Shown here piece after piece: positions 28,290 to 38,431 of a stretch of 64,000 nt of DNA. The stretch is taken from the NCBI GenBank assembly GCA_902779285.1, contig CACZAZ010000003.1:10014-74013 (forward strand), written 5' to 3'. The translations under genes were made by a program, and so were the position numbers. Origin of the DNA: an uncultured Ruminococcus sp. GTDB lineage: Bacteria; Bacillota; Clostridia; Oscillospirales; CAG-272. The first letter of the stretch is position 1; every line of letters starts with the position of its first letter. The notes beneath the pieces were generated by a model that did not search any database, had not been told where the DNA came from, and was given only the letters and a program-made list of their open reading frames with translations.

Positions 28290-29761
28290 GAAACAGACGC
28301 GCGATCCGGGTCTTTTCCTTCACGCTCGTTTTCGCCCTGCTGTTCCTTCTCGCGTCCTGCGGCTTCTCCTACGAAAAGAGCAGGATGTCGAAATACGTCA
28401 AAATGGCGCGGGAGGACTATTACGGGGTATCCGTTTCGATCCCTGCCGCAAAAGAGGTGACCGACGAGGATATCGACCTCGAGATCCGCACCTTCCGGCT
28501 CGAACTCCGGACGCTCGTGTCGGAGGGGGAACTGACCGTCCACGCCGGGTGGGGCGACACCGTAAATCTCTACTATCACATCACGGTCGAGGGAGAGGGA
28601 GGCGGTTTCCTGCCCCCGGAGGATTTCTCCAATATGACCGACGACGCGCCCCACGGCTTCGTCCTCGGCGGCGAGATCCTGCCGAAAGCGTTTGAAAACG
28701 CCCTGCTCGACCACGCCGCGATCGAGACGCATTACGCGCCGACGACCGACACGGAGCAGACCGTCGGGGCAAACGACGTGATCTATCTGGATCTCTCCTA
28801 CCGGTATACCGACGGCGAAAACGTCGCTTCGGGGACCACCCGCGCCGCGCGGCTCGACCTTTCGGAGAACGCCGTCGCCGCCGCCGCGTTCGCGGGGCTT
28901 TATCCGGGGGACGACTTCGACTGCGGGATGGAGACGGGAGAGCCGCTGGTCTATGACTGGGACGGCGACGGGGAAAACGAGACGCTCGCTATGGCGGGCG
29001 CGGTCGTATCCGTTTCCCGCGGCGAGATCCTCGGACGGATCGAAGCCGATATCGAAGCCGATTATTTCGACGACGTTCTCGCCGGCAAGCACGCGGTCCT
29101 GCAGTACGCGATCCAAACGGTCGACGTCTATTCCGTCCCCGAGATCACCGAGGAACTGCTGCGGGAGAACCTCCCCGAATTCAAACTTTCGGAGGGCGGG
29201 GATCTCGACGGAGAGTTCCGCGACTACGTCTATCAGGTGCTTTTGAACGAGTCCCGCCGGGAATGGCAGGCGACGATCGAGGAGGAACTCTGGCGCCGCT
29301 TCGATTCTCTCGACTGCGTCAGGAAATATCCCGCCGCCGCGCTCCGCGAGGAGACGAAGGCGCAGGAAAAACAGCTCGAACGGCTCTACGAATACTACGG
29401 CGCGCGCCTCGAGGAGGAGTACGGCGTCAATCCCTTCGACTCGGTCGAGGATTTCGGATACGCGTATTACGAACTGGACGGCACGGTTTACGACAACGTG
29501 CACGAATACCTGAAAAAAGAGGTCGTGCCGCACACGGTCAAGCAGAAACTCATCATCTATTATATCGCGGAACAGGAAGGATGGGAGATGACCGAAGACG
29601 AGTACGCATCCGAACTCCCGGATCAGCTCGCCTACTACGCCTCGTCGGAGGGCGTCACGACCGCCGAGGTCATGGCGAAATACGGTGAAAACTTCTTCCG
29701 CCAGGCGGTCCAGTACAACAAAGTTCTGACCAATCTCGTCGCCGTTACCGTGATCGAGTAA
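28286..29761 (+). CDS. trigger-factor-like lipoprotein, related in layout to 25921..27690
   Basis: Lipobox [19 protein letters not shown] and GDTVNLYY...[17 protein letters not shown]. The ATG overlaps the rnhA stop (ATGA). Confidence 0.5.
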   Translation: MRNRRAIRVFSFTLVFALLFLLASCGFSYEKSRMSKYVKMAREDYYGVSVSIPAAKEVTDEDIDLEIRTFRLELRTLVSEGELTVHAGWGDTVNLYYHITVEGEGGGFLPPEDFSNMTDDAPHGFVLGGEILPKAFENALLDHAAIETHYAPTTDTEQTVGANDVIYLDLSYRYTDGENVASGTTRAARLDLSENAVAAAAFAGLYPGDDFDCGMETGEPLVYDWDGDGENETLAMAGAVVSVSRGEILGRIEADIEADYFDDVLAGKHAVLQYAIQTVDVYSVPEITEELLRENLPEFKLSEGGDLDGEFRDYVYQVLLNESRREWQATIEEELWRRFDSLDCVRKYPAAALREETKAQEKQLERLYEYYGARLEEEYGVNPFDSVEDFGYAYYELDGTVYDNVHEYLKKEVVPHTVKQKLIIYYIAEQEGWEMTEDEYASELPDQLAYYASSEGVTTAEVMAKYGENFFRQAVQYNKVLTNLVAVTVIE

Positions 29762-29798
29762 CGGAAGGACGATCCAAAGCAAGAGAAAGGAGGTCCCG

Positions 29799-31127
29799 AT
29801 GGAAAAAGTCAACAGAAAACTATCCCCGTTCCAGATCATCATTCTGGGCTTTACGGCGGTCATCCTGTTCGGGACGCTTCTGCTCACGCTCCCGTTCGCG
29901 TCGAAAGCGGGGGGCTGGACCCCCTTCCTCGACGCGCTGTTCACCTCCACGTCCGCCGTCTGCGTGACCGGGCTGGTCGTACTCGACACCGCGACGGGAT
30001 GGACGATGTTCGGACAGATCGTGATCCTCTGCCTCATCCAGATCGGCGGGATCGGAGTGGTGACCATCGCCGCGTCTCTTGCGGCTCTTTCGGGGCGAAA
30101 GATCGGCATTTTCAGCCGGGAGACCATCAAGAACGCTCTCTCCGCGCCCAGCGTCGGCGGGATCGTACATCTGACCGGATTCATCGTCAAGGGGTGCTTT
30201 CTGATCGAGGGGATCGGGGCTGTGATCATGCTTCCGTTCTTCTGCGTCGACTACGGCGCCGCGGGGATCTGGATGGCGATCTTCCACGCGGTCTCGGCGT
30301 TCTGCAACGCGGGATTCGACGTGATGGGGGAGAAGACCGGACAGTTCTCGTCTCTGACGGGTTACGCGGCGCACCCGGTCATCAATATCACGGTGATGCT
30401 CCTGATCGTCATCGGCGGGATCGGGTTCCTCGTCTGGGAGGACGTCATCACGAACAAATGGCGGTTCCGGAAGTATAAGACCCAGAGCAAGATCGTCTTT
30501 GCGGTCTCGGGCTTCCTGATCCTTCTGCCCGCTCTGTATTTCTTCTTCTTCGAGTGTTCCGACCTCACCTTCGGGCGCCGGCTGACGGCGTCGCTGTTCC
30601 AGGCGGTCACGCCGCGGACGGCGGGCTTCAACACGCTGGACCTGGCCGCGTTTTCCGGGGTCGGGCGCGGGATCTTGATCGTGCTTATGCTGATCGGCGG
30701 CTCTCCCGGCTCCACCGCGGGAGGTATGAAGACGACCACCGTTGCGGTGCTGTTCGCCTCCGCGATCGCGGTCTTCCGCAAGAAGGACAACGCCGAACTG
30801 ATGAAGCGCCGGATCGACGACGCGACCGTCAAGACCGCCGCCGCGATCCTTTTGATGTACGTCACGGTCTTTCTTTCGAGCGGGATGATCATCAGCGCGG
30901 TCGAGGGTCTGCCGATCGGGGAGTGCCTGTTTGAATCGGCGTCCGCCGTCGGTACGGTCGGGCTTTCGCTCGGGGTCACCCAACAGATCGGGGTCGTATC
31001 CAAACTCATTTTGATCGTATGTATGTTTTTCGGACGCGTAGGCGGGCTTACGCTGATCTACGCCGCGTTCGGCGGCAACAGAAAACAGGTCGCGAAACTG
31101 CCGCTGGACGTCGTTTCCGTGGGATAA
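29799..31127 (+). CDS. ktrB: K+ transporter membrane subunit (TrkH/KtrB family)
   Basis: A polytopic protein with repeated pore-loop-like GG/GFN segments (TAGFNT, GSTAGGMK), followed by a KtrA-size gene. Confidence 0.75.
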   Translation: MEKVNRKLSPFQIIILGFTAVILFGTLLLTLPFASKAGGWTPFLDALFTSTSAVCVTGLVVLDTATGWTMFGQIVILCLIQIGGIGVVTIAASLAALSGRKIGIFSRETIKNALSAPSVGGIVHLTGFIVKGCFLIEGIGAVIMLPFFCVDYGAAGIWMAIFHAVSAFCNAGFDVMGEKTGQFSSLTGYAAHPVINITVMLLIVIGGIGFLVWEDVITNKWRFRKYKTQSKIVFAVSGFLILLPALYFFFFECSDLTFGRRLTASLFQAVTPRTAGFNTLDLAAFSGVGRGILIVLMLIGGSPGSTAGGMKTTTVAVLFASAIAVFRKKDNAELMKRRIDDATVKTAAAILLMYVTVFLSSGMIISAVEGLPIGECLFESASAVGTVGLSLGVTQQIGVVSKLILIVCMFFGRVGGLTLIYAAFGGNRKQVAKLPLDVVSVG

Positions 31128-31139
31128 GGAGGAAATTTT

Positions 31140-31793
31140 ATGAAACAGAAATCGATACTGCTCGTCGGACTCGGACGCTTCGGGCTGAACATCGCCCGCA
31201 AACTGAACGAACTCGGGCACGAGGTGATGGCGATCGACAGCAACGAGGAGCGGGTCAACGAGGTGATGGACTACGTGACCAACGCGCAGATCGGAAACAG
31301 CACGAGCGAGGCGTTTTTGAAGTCGCTCGGCGTGAAGGATTACGACGTCTGCATCGTGACGATCGGCGGCGATTTCCAGAGTTCGCTCGAAACGACGTGT
31401 CTGCTCAAGGAACTCGGGGCGAAGAAGGTCGTCGCGCGCGCCGAACAGGACGTTCAGGCGAAGTTCCTGCTGAGGAACGGCGCGGACGAGGTCATCTATC
31501 CCGAAAAGCAGCTCGGTGAATGGACGGCGATCCGGTACAGCGCCGACAACGTCCTCGATTACATCAATCTCGAGGGTCCCTGCGCGATCTTCGAGGTCTC
31601 GGTCCCCCGCGAATGGCTGGGGAAGACCATCGCGGAGATCGACATCCGCAGAAAGTTCGGCGTCAACGTCATCGCGATCCGGGAAAAGGGCGCGGTCAAT
31701 CCCGTCGTGACCCCGGATACCGTGATGTCGAAGGATATCACGCTGCTTGCGCTCGGAGAGTTCAACGCGCTGAAAAAGTGCTTTAATATTTAA
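31140..31793 (+). CDS. ktrA: K+ transporter NAD-binding subunit (TrkA/KtrA family)
   Basis: ILLVGLGRFG Rossmann motif plus a C-terminal RCK_C-like region. Confidence 0.8.
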   Translation: MKQKSILLVGLGRFGLNIARKLNELGHEVMAIDSNEERVNEVMDYVTNAQIGNSTSEAFLKSLGVKDYDVCIVTIGGDFQSSLETTCLLKELGAKKVVARAEQDVQAKFLLRNGADEVIYPEKQLGEWTAIRYSADNVLDYINLEGPCAIFEVSVPREWLGKTIAEIDIRRKFGVNVIAIREKGAVNPVVTPDTVMSKDITLLALGEFNALKKCFNI

Positions 31794-31849
31794 CGAGTTA
31801 TCGATTCCGCTGCGCGGAACGTTATGACGCTCCCCTCAAAACATTTATG

Positions 31850-31884
31850 AGATCGCCGCCCGTAAACGGGCGGCGATCTTTTTG
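31850..31884. terminator. terminator between convergent genes
   Basis: agatcgccgcccg taaa cgggcggcgatct, followed by ttttg. Confidence 0.7.
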
Positions 31885-31930
31885 ATTTGACCTTGCCGTT
31901 AGGCGCGGTCAGGTTTCGGTTTGATGGTTT

Positions 31931-33070
31931 TCAGCGAAGCGGGCGTTTCCCCGTATCGTTCTTGAAATACTGATAGAGGACGCAGGGGATCATACCGTTA
32001 TAGAGTTTTCTCGTCTTGTCGGCGCGTTTGCCGTAGAAAGATTCGAAGTTCGGGAGCGACGAGATGATATAGACCTGCCACGGGGCGAGCAGTCGGAAGT
32101 GCCGTCCCAGTTCGCGGGTGAGCGTTTCGGCCTCGGGCAGGGTCATCATCCGTTCGCCGTACGGGGGATTGGTGACGACGGTCCCCCTCCGTCCCGGGGC
32201 GGAGATCTCCCGCGCGTCGGCTTCGAACGCCGAGATCAGATCCGCGACGCCGGCGCGTTCGGCGTTCTCTTTTGTCAGAGCGACGGCGGCGGGGTCGATA
32301 TCCGAGGCGTAGACCTCGAATTTGGTCTCTACGATCGAATCCCGCGCTTCTTCCCGCGCTGAGAGCCAGACGCTCTTCGGGATGCCGGGGAAGCGTTCGG
32401 CGGCGAAGCGGCGGCGTGCGCCGGGGGCGATCTTCTTCATCTGCATCGCCGCTTCGATCGCGATGGTGCCGGATCCGCACATGGGATCCCAGAACAAGAC
32501 CTCCTCCCGCGGACGGGAGATCGCGGCGATGGCGGCGGCGAGGGTCTCGCGGATGGGGGCGGCGTTCGATTCGGGGCGGTACCCTCTCTTGTGGAGGGGG
32601 TCGCCCGAGGTGTCGATCATCAGGGTCGCCTCATCCTTCAGGATGAAGAATTCGATCTGATAGGTCACGCCGGTCTCGGGAAAACGCGTCAGCCCGTAGA
32701 CCGACGAGAGCCGGTCGACCACCGCCCGCTTTACGATTCGCTGACAGTCGGGGATCGAGAAGAGTTTGCTCTTGATCGAGTGTCCCTTGACCGGGAAGGC
32801 GTCGTCCCGCCCGATCCAGGTCTCCCACGGCAGCGCCTTGGTCCCCTCGAACAGGTCGTCGAACGTGTCGGAACGGAAACGCCCGAGATTGATGAACACG
32901 CGCTCGGCGTAGCGGAGAAACACGTTCGAGAGGGCGATCGCCTCCTCGTCCCCGCGGTAGGTGATCCGCCCGTCGATGGTCTCGACCCGGTCGTATCCGA
33001 GCGCCTCGATCTCCTCGCCCAAAAGGTGTTCCAGCCCGAACAGGCAGGTCGCGGTCAGGGTGATATTCAT
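31931..33070 (-). CDS. THUMP-domain class I SAM-dependent RNA methyltransferase
   Basis: DPMCGSGTIAIEA (SAM motif I) and VTNPPYGERM (motif IV), with an N-terminal THUMP-like region. Confidence 0.8.
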   Translation of the reverse strand: MNITLTATCLFGLEHLLGEEIEALGYDRVETIDGRITYRGDEEAIALSNVFLRYAERVFINLGRFRSDTFDDLFEGTKALPWETWIGRDDAFPVKGHSIKSKLFSIPDCQRIVKRAVVDRLSSVYGLTRFPETGVTYQIEFFILKDEATLMIDTSGDPLHKRGYRPESNAAPIRETLAAAIAAISRPREEVLFWDPMCGSGTIAIEAAMQMKKIAPGARRRFAAERFPGIPKSVWLSAREEARDSIVETKFEVYASDIDPAAVALTKENAERAGVADLISAFEADAREISAPGRRGTVVTNPPYGERMMTLPEAETLTRELGRHFRLLAPWQVYIISSLPNFESFYGKRADKTRKLYNGMIPCVLYQYFKNDTGKRPLR

Positions 33071-33930
33071 GCCTTCTCCCCGTCGGGGCGCCCCTCGCCC
33101 TCGAAGATCAGACCGTCAAACGCCTCGGGAGACGCGGCGAGGTCGTCCTTCGTTTTCACCGTCCAGGAGACGGTCGGAACGCCGTAGACGCGCCGTAGCC
33201 GCAAGAAAGAGCGGTCATCGCGATCCCCGATGCGGTAGGCGATGAAGTCGGGGCGGGCGCGGAAATTCAGAAGGAAGTGCTGCAGGACGAAATACTTGAA
33301 TTTCCCCTTGTACTTGTCCTGACGCAGGTACGCCATCGCGAGCTGCCCGCGCAGAACGTTCGGACGGTGCTTTCTGAACCACGCGAGGGCAAGCGGGTTG
33401 AAAGATTCGACCCAGTATTCGCCGTCGTACCGATCGAGCAGCTCGGCGGCTTTGGCGCAGGTCAGATCATACGCCGGATCCTCGCCCTTGATCTCGACCA
33501 GGATCGGCACGCGTCCCCCGATCACCTCCAGCACCTCTGCGAAGGTCGGGACGCCGATCCCCTCCTGCCCGAACAGGGGGGTGGTCGCCAGTTTTTCAAG
33601 CGGATAGTCCCGGGTCGAGCCGGGGATCCCGCAAACTCTGTCCAGCGTCTGGTCGTGAAAGACCACGGGGATCCCGTCGGACGAGAGCTGCACGTCGAGT
33701 TCGACGCCGTAGCCCGCCTCGACGGCGGCTTTGAAAGCGGGGAGCGAGTTCTCGGGCACTTCGGGGTTCTTGTGCAGCCCCCTGTGCGCGAGGGCAAGCC
33801 CCTTGAAGCGTTCGATCCCTTCCCGCGGTTTGGCGGGAGCGGTGAGAAAACGGTGCAGGAAAAACCCGCAAAGGCAGAGCAGGGCGATCCCGCCGAAAAC
33901 CGAGATCAGGGCGATTTGAATGGGCGTCAT
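33067..33930 (-). CDS. glycerophosphodiester phosphodiesterase family protein, N-terminally anchored
   Basis: LAHRGL...ENSLPAFKAAVEAGYGVELDVQLSSDGIPVVFHD matches the GDPD catalytic region. Confidence 0.8.
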   Translation of the reverse strand: MTPIQIALISVFGGIALLCLCGFFLHRFLTAPAKPREGIERFKGLALAHRGLHKNPEVPENSLPAFKAAVEAGYGVELDVQLSSDGIPVVFHDQTLDRVCGIPGSTRDYPLEKLATTPLFGQEGIGVPTFAEVLEVIGGRVPILVEIKGEDPAYDLTCAKAAELLDRYDGEYWVESFNPLALAWFRKHRPNVLRGQLAMAYLRQDKYKGKFKYFVLQHFLLNFRARPDFIAYRIGDRDDRSFLRLRRVYGVPTVSWTVKTKDDLAASPEAFDGLIFEGEGRPDGEKA

Positions 33931-35480
33931 AAAGTTTCCTCCGTATTATCGACCGGCGGCAGGACTTCGCGGTTATCGCCGCGCCGGACGAAGATCATGG
34001 TGATCAGGGCGCAGAAAATGCAGATCGAGGCGTAGGGGAAGAGCGAGGTCATCCCGACCCGATCCATAAAGAATCCCGAAAGGATCGGGGTCAGGGTCTG
34101 CGCCGCCATCGAAGCGGTGTAGTAGTAGCCGGTATATTTGCCGACGTTATCCGAGTTGCAGAGTTCGACCACCATCGGGAAACTGTTGACGTTGATCGCC
34201 GCCCAGCCGATCCCGGCGGTGCAGAACAGGACGTTGACGAGCAGAGCCGGACTGTTCATCCGCAAAAACGAGCAGAACGAGAAGGCGACGGTCATCATGA
34301 TCACGCCCGCGAGGATCATCCGTTTCCGTCCGACCTTCGCGGAGAGGAACCCGATCGGCAGGAACGCGAGGATGGTCACGCCCTGCGCGAGCAGCAGCGT
34401 CAGGTTGTAGTCGAGCCCCAGGATCTTCCCGGCGTAGACCGAATATTTGCTGGTGACGGCGTTGTAGCCCATGTACCAGAAGACCACCGACGCAAGGATC
34501 AGGAGCAGGGGGAGAAGCGCCCCGGTCCCGCCGTGCTTCGCCGCCTCCCGTTTGGCTTCGTCAAGTTCGCTTTCCACCTCCGACGAGATGCCGAGCCGAC
34601 GGCTTTCCTCCTCCATTTCGCGGACGTATCTCGGCTCGCGCACGAACGCGAGGAAGACGGCGAGCGAGACCGCCATCAGCGCCGCGACGATGAAGAAGAA
34701 CGTGCCGTAGTGCATCAGGTCGTTTTCGGGCTTGCCCGTCCCGAGGACCAATCCGAGCGCGAGGGTCAGGATGCCGCCGATCGCGCCCATCAGGTTGATG
34801 ACGGCGTTCGCCTTCGAGCGGAGCGGCTTGATCGTGACGTCGGGCATCAGGGCGACGGCGGGGGAGCGGAAGATCGACATCGAGAGAAGCAGCAGGATCA
34901 AAGCCCCCATAAACAGGATCATCGGCGCGGGGTTTTGTTTGGTCACGATCCGGGCGTACGCCTGCCGCGCCGGGATCACGAAGTCGGTCTGCCCCTCCGA
35001 GGGGTCGCCGTTCTCGTCGGTCAGGGGGATCGACGTGAAATCCTCTTTGGTTTCAAAGAGGAGTTGCAGACGGACCTTGCCCGATCCGTTCGGATCCTTG
35101 ATCTCGGGATCGGCGTCCCAGACCTCGGACAGCTGCGCCTCTCTGTCGGCGGGATCGGCGTCCGAGAGATTCTGAAGCTGCATCCGGTCGGAGAGCGAGA
35201 GCGGGAAGATCAGGGCGATCGCCACGACCGTCCCGATCAGAATGAACGGGGTGCGCCGTCCCATCTTCGAGCGGCACTTGTCCGAGAGGGCGCCGAACAG
35301 CGGGAGCATAAAGAGCGCGACGATATTGTCGAGCGCCATGATCACGCCCGACGCCGTCTGCGACATACCGAATTTGTCGGTCAGGATCTTCGGGATCAGC
35401 GTGTCGTACGCCTGCCAGAACAGGCAGATCAGGAAAAAGGCGAAACCGACCAGCACGGTCCTCCTGTAATTCAGTTTCAC
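33927..35480 (-). CDS. MFS-type transporter
   Basis: About 12 hydrophobic segments. I chose the GTG start at 35480, with GGAGG 6 nt upstream. The upstream part of the track ORF is low-complexity. Confidence 0.7.
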   Translation of the reverse strand: MKLNYRRTVLVGFAFFLICLFWQAYDTLIPKILTDKFGMSQTASGVIMALDNIVALFMLPLFGALSDKCRSKMGRRTPFILIGTVVAIALIFPLSLSDRMQLQNLSDADPADREAQLSEVWDADPEIKDPNGSGKVRLQLLFETKEDFTSIPLTDENGDPSEGQTDFVIPARQAYARIVTKQNPAPMILFMGALILLLLSMSIFRSPAVALMPDVTIKPLRSKANAVINLMGAIGGILTLALGLVLGTGKPENDLMHYGTFFFIVAALMAVSLAVFLAFVREPRYVREMEEESRRLGISSEVESELDEAKREAAKHGGTGALLPLLLILASVVFWYMGYNAVTSKYSVYAGKILGLDYNLTLLLAQGVTILAFLPIGFLSAKVGRKRMILAGVIMMTVAFSFCSFLRMNSPALLVNVLFCTAGIGWAAINVNSFPMVVELCNSDNVGKYTGYYYTASMAAQTLTPILSGFFMDRVGMTSLFPYASICIFCALITMIFVRRGDNREVLPPVDNTEETL

Positions 35481-35523
35481 GGGAACCTCCTTCGGGGCGG
35501 CGCCCCATCGTCTTTCTTTATCT

Positions 35524-35552
35524 ATTATACTATTCCTTTTCTCTCTTGTCAA
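35524..35552 (-). promoter_or_regulatory. sigma-70-type promoter for the MFS gene
   Basis: The minus strand reads TTGACA-N17-TATAAT (ttgacaagagagaaaaggaatagtataat). Confidence 0.6.
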
Positions 35553-35613
35553 TTTGCAGAGCGACGAAAAACCGCCGTTTTTTCGGGGGCCGGAGCGAAT
35601 CGCCCGCGCCCGA

Positions 35614-35642
35614 TTGACAAGAGGGAGGAAAAAGGATATAAT
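35614..35642 (+). promoter_or_regulatory. sigma-70-type promoter for ribF
   Basis: TTGACA-N17-TATAAT (ttgacaagagggaggaaaaaggatataat). Confidence 0.6.
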
Positions 35643-35697
35643 ATCATCGGAGTTTCGTCGGACGAACGGCGAAAAGAAAGGAAAGGAGGACGGCGAA

Positions 35698-36606
35698 ATG
35701 AAACTGATCCGTATCCTGCCCGGCTGTCCTCCCCCCGAATCGGGACGGACGGTTGCGGCGCTCGGCTTTTTCGACGGGGTGCATATCGGACACCGCCGCC
35801 TGCTCGACAGGGTGGCGGAGATCGCCCGGTCGCGGGGGCTGGTCCCCTCGGTCTTTACCTTCTCGGACGACGCGCTCTCGTTCAAACCCGACGCGGCGCG
35901 CCTGACCGACTTTTCTGAAAAACTCGAACTTTTCCGCGCGGCGGGGATCGAACGGGTCTACGCCGCCGACTTCCCGGCTTTGTCGGGGCTTTCTCCCGAG
36001 AGATTCGTTTCGGAGATCCTCGTCGGCTGCCTCAACGTCTCGGTCGCGGTCTGCGGCTTCAATTTCCGCTTCGGCGCCCGCGCCTCGGGCGACAGCGAAA
36101 CGCTGGTACGGCTGATGCGGGGAGCGGGCGGGGAAGCCGAGGTCATCGCCTCGACCCTGCTTGACGGCGCGGTCGTCAGTTCCTCCGCGATCCGGTCCGC
36201 CCTCGCCGCGGGCGAGACGGATCTCGCGAATCGGATGCTCGGGCGTCCCTACGCGATCTCGGGCACGGTGGAGCATGGGCGGGGGTACGGGCATACCGAG
36301 GGCATCCCGACCGTCAATCTGCCGCTCGCGCCGCATCTCGCGATCCCCCGCAAGGGCGTCTACCGCTCGCGGGTGGCGGTCGACGGAACGGGATATCCCG
36401 CGGTCACAAACGTCGGCACCAGACCCACGTTCGGCGGGACCGGGATCAACTGCGAAAGTTATCTCCTCGACTACGACGGCGCCGACCTGTACGGGCGGAC
36501 GGTCTCGGTCGAACTGCTCGCGTTCCTGCGCGACGAAAAGAAGTTCGATACCCCGGAGGAACTGTACCGTCAGATCGAACGCGATATCGCCCTGGCGAAG
36601 GGCTGA
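35698..36606 (+). CDS. ribF: bifunctional riboflavin kinase / FAD synthetase
   Basis: ALGFFDGVHIGHRRLL (FAD synthetase) and a C-terminal riboflavin kinase region (GYPAVTNVGTRPTF...EL..FLRDEKKF). Confidence 0.85.
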   Translation: MKLIRILPGCPPPESGRTVAALGFFDGVHIGHRRLLDRVAEIARSRGLVPSVFTFSDDALSFKPDAARLTDFSEKLELFRAAGIERVYAADFPALSGLSPERFVSEILVGCLNVSVAVCGFNFRFGARASGDSETLVRLMRGAGGEAEVIASTLLDGAVVSSSAIRSALAAGETDLANRMLGRPYAISGTVEHGRGYGHTEGIPTVNLPLAPHLAIPRKGVYRSRVAVDGTGYPAVTNVGTRPTFGGTGINCESYLLDYDGADLYGRTVSVELLAFLRDEKKFDTPEELYRQIERDIALAKG

Positions 36607-36617
36607 AAAGAGGGAAC

Positions 36618-37550
36618 ATGGAACAACAGGCGGAGTGGACGAAACTGACCGTGCGCGCCTCGCGGGACGATCTCGATACCGTGACGGCGGTGATGGGGAT
36701 GCTCGACAACGGGCTGATGATCGAGGATTACAGCGATTTCCCCTTTGAAACGGGGATGTACGGGGACCTCGTCGACGAGAGCATCAAAAACGCGGATCTT
36801 TCGAGGATCGCCGTCTCGATCTTCGTCGCCCGCGAAAAGAACCTTTCCGAATATATCGCGTTCCTCCGCGAGCGTTTCTCGTTTGCGGGGGTCATGTGGG
36901 AATACGAATGCGAGGGGCTTCGCGAGGAGGATTGGGCGGAATCGTGGAAGCAATACTACCACCCGATCCCGCTCGGACGCGTGACCATCGTTCCCGCCTG
37001 GCAGAACTACCGGGCGAAGGGCGGCGAGATCGTCGTCAGAATGGACCCCGGCATGGCGTTCGGCGCGGGCACGCACGAGACCACGCGGCTCGCCGTGCTT
37101 CTGCTCGAAGAAACGATTGCGGGCGGTGAAAAAGTGCTGGACGTCGGGACCGGGAGCGGGATCCTCGCGATCGTCTCCGAAAAACTCGGCGCGTCGCTTT
37201 GCCGCGGGTACGATATCGACCCGGTGGCGGTGCGCGTGGCGAAAGAGAACGCAGAAGAAAACGGCGCGAAAAACGTATCGTTCGGCGCGTCCGATCTGCT
37301 CGCGTCGGTCGAAAGACCGGAGGGCGGCTACGATCTCGCCGTCGCGAATATCGTCGCGGACGTGCTTCTCCGGATGGCGCCCGATCTGCCGGCTTTTCTC
37401 CGTCCGGGAGCGCGTCTTATCTGCTCCGGGATCATCGAGCCGCGCCTGCCCGAACTCCGCGCCGGGATGATCGCCGCCGGATTCAGGGAAGAAAAAGTGA
37501 TCTCCGAAAACGACTGGTACGCGCTCCGCTTCGTTCTTGCGGAGCGGTAA
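36618..37550 (+). CDS. prmA: ribosomal protein L11 methyltransferase
   Basis: DPGMAFGAGTHETTRL and VLDVGTGSGILAI are PrmA hallmarks. Confidence 0.85.
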   Translation: MEQQAEWTKLTVRASRDDLDTVTAVMGMLDNGLMIEDYSDFPFETGMYGDLVDESIKNADLSRIAVSIFVAREKNLSEYIAFLRERFSFAGVMWEYECEGLREEDWAESWKQYYHPIPLGRVTIVPAWQNYRAKGGEIVVRMDPGMAFGAGTHETTRLAVLLLEETIAGGEKVLDVGTGSGILAIVSEKLGASLCRGYDIDPVAVRVAKENAEENGAKNVSFGASDLLASVERPEGGYDLAVANIVADVLLRMAPDLPAFLRPGARLICSGIIEPRLPELRAGMIAAGFREEKVISENDWYALRFVLAER

Positions 37551-37560
37551 GGAGGGATAT

Positions 37561-38292
37561 ATGCCGAGATTCTTTACCGACGAGTCCGCCGTTTCGGGAA
37601 ACGCGGTCGCGATCGCGGGCGCCGACGCGCGCCATATCGCCCGTTCGCTCCGGATGGCGGTCGGGGACGGGATCACGGTCTGTACGACGGCGGGGCGGGA
37701 GCTTTCCTGCCGCCTGACCCGCATCCGCGACGACCTCTGCGAGGCGGAGATCCTGTCGGTGCGCGAAGCCCGGGGCGAATCCCCCGTCGCGATCCGGCTC
37801 TTTATCGCCTACCCGAAGGGCGACAAACTCGAGACCGTCGTGCAGAAGGCGACCGAACTCGGCGCGGTCTCGGTCACGCCGTTCTCGTCGGCGTTCGTCG
37901 TGCGGAAGCCCCGTCCCGAAAAGATCGCGCAGGAGACCGAGCGTCTCAACCGGATCGCGGAGGAAGCCGCGAAACAATGCCGCCGCGGCGCGATCCCGAC
38001 CGTGACGCCCCCGCTTTCTTTCAAAGAGACGTTGACCGAGGCAATGAAAGTCGAATTGCCCCTTTTCTGCTACGAGGGAGAGGGAACGCGCCCGCTGCCC
38101 GCGCTGCTGCCTGCGAAAACGCCCGAGAGCGTTTCGGTCGTCGTGGGGTCGGAGGGCGGTTTTTCCGAAGACGAAGCGGAGGAGGCGAAAGCGGCGGGAT
38201 TTCTGCTCGCCGGGCTCGGAAAACGCATCCTGCGCTGCGAAACCGCGCCCCTTTTCGCGCTTTCCTGTCTTGCGTTCCGTTACGAACTTTGA
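37561..38292 (+). CDS. rsmE: 16S rRNA (uracil1498-N3)-methyltransferase
   Basis: MPRFF... at the N-terminus, VVGSEGGFSEDE and LGKRILRCETA at the C-terminus. This is the usual prmA-rsmE gene pair. Confidence 0.8.
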   Translation: MPRFFTDESAVSGNAVAIAGADARHIARSLRMAVGDGITVCTTAGRELSCRLTRIRDDLCEAEILSVREARGESPVAIRLFIAYPKGDKLETVVQKATELGAVSVTPFSSAFVVRKPRPEKIAQETERLNRIAEEAAKQCRRGAIPTVTPPLSFKETLTEAMKVELPLFCYEGEGTRPLPALLPAKTPESVSVVVGSEGGFSEDEAEEAKAAGFLLAGLGKRILRCETAPLFALSCLAFRYEL

Positions 38293-38431
38293 ACGGGCTC
38301 TCGTCACTTTGCTGAAAACTTTTTGGATTTTTTGTGACTTTTTTACGATAGACTATTGATATTTGACAAAAAAAGATGTAAAATATAAGTCAGACTAACC
38401 AACACAGACACACGCCAAAGGGGGAACGAAT

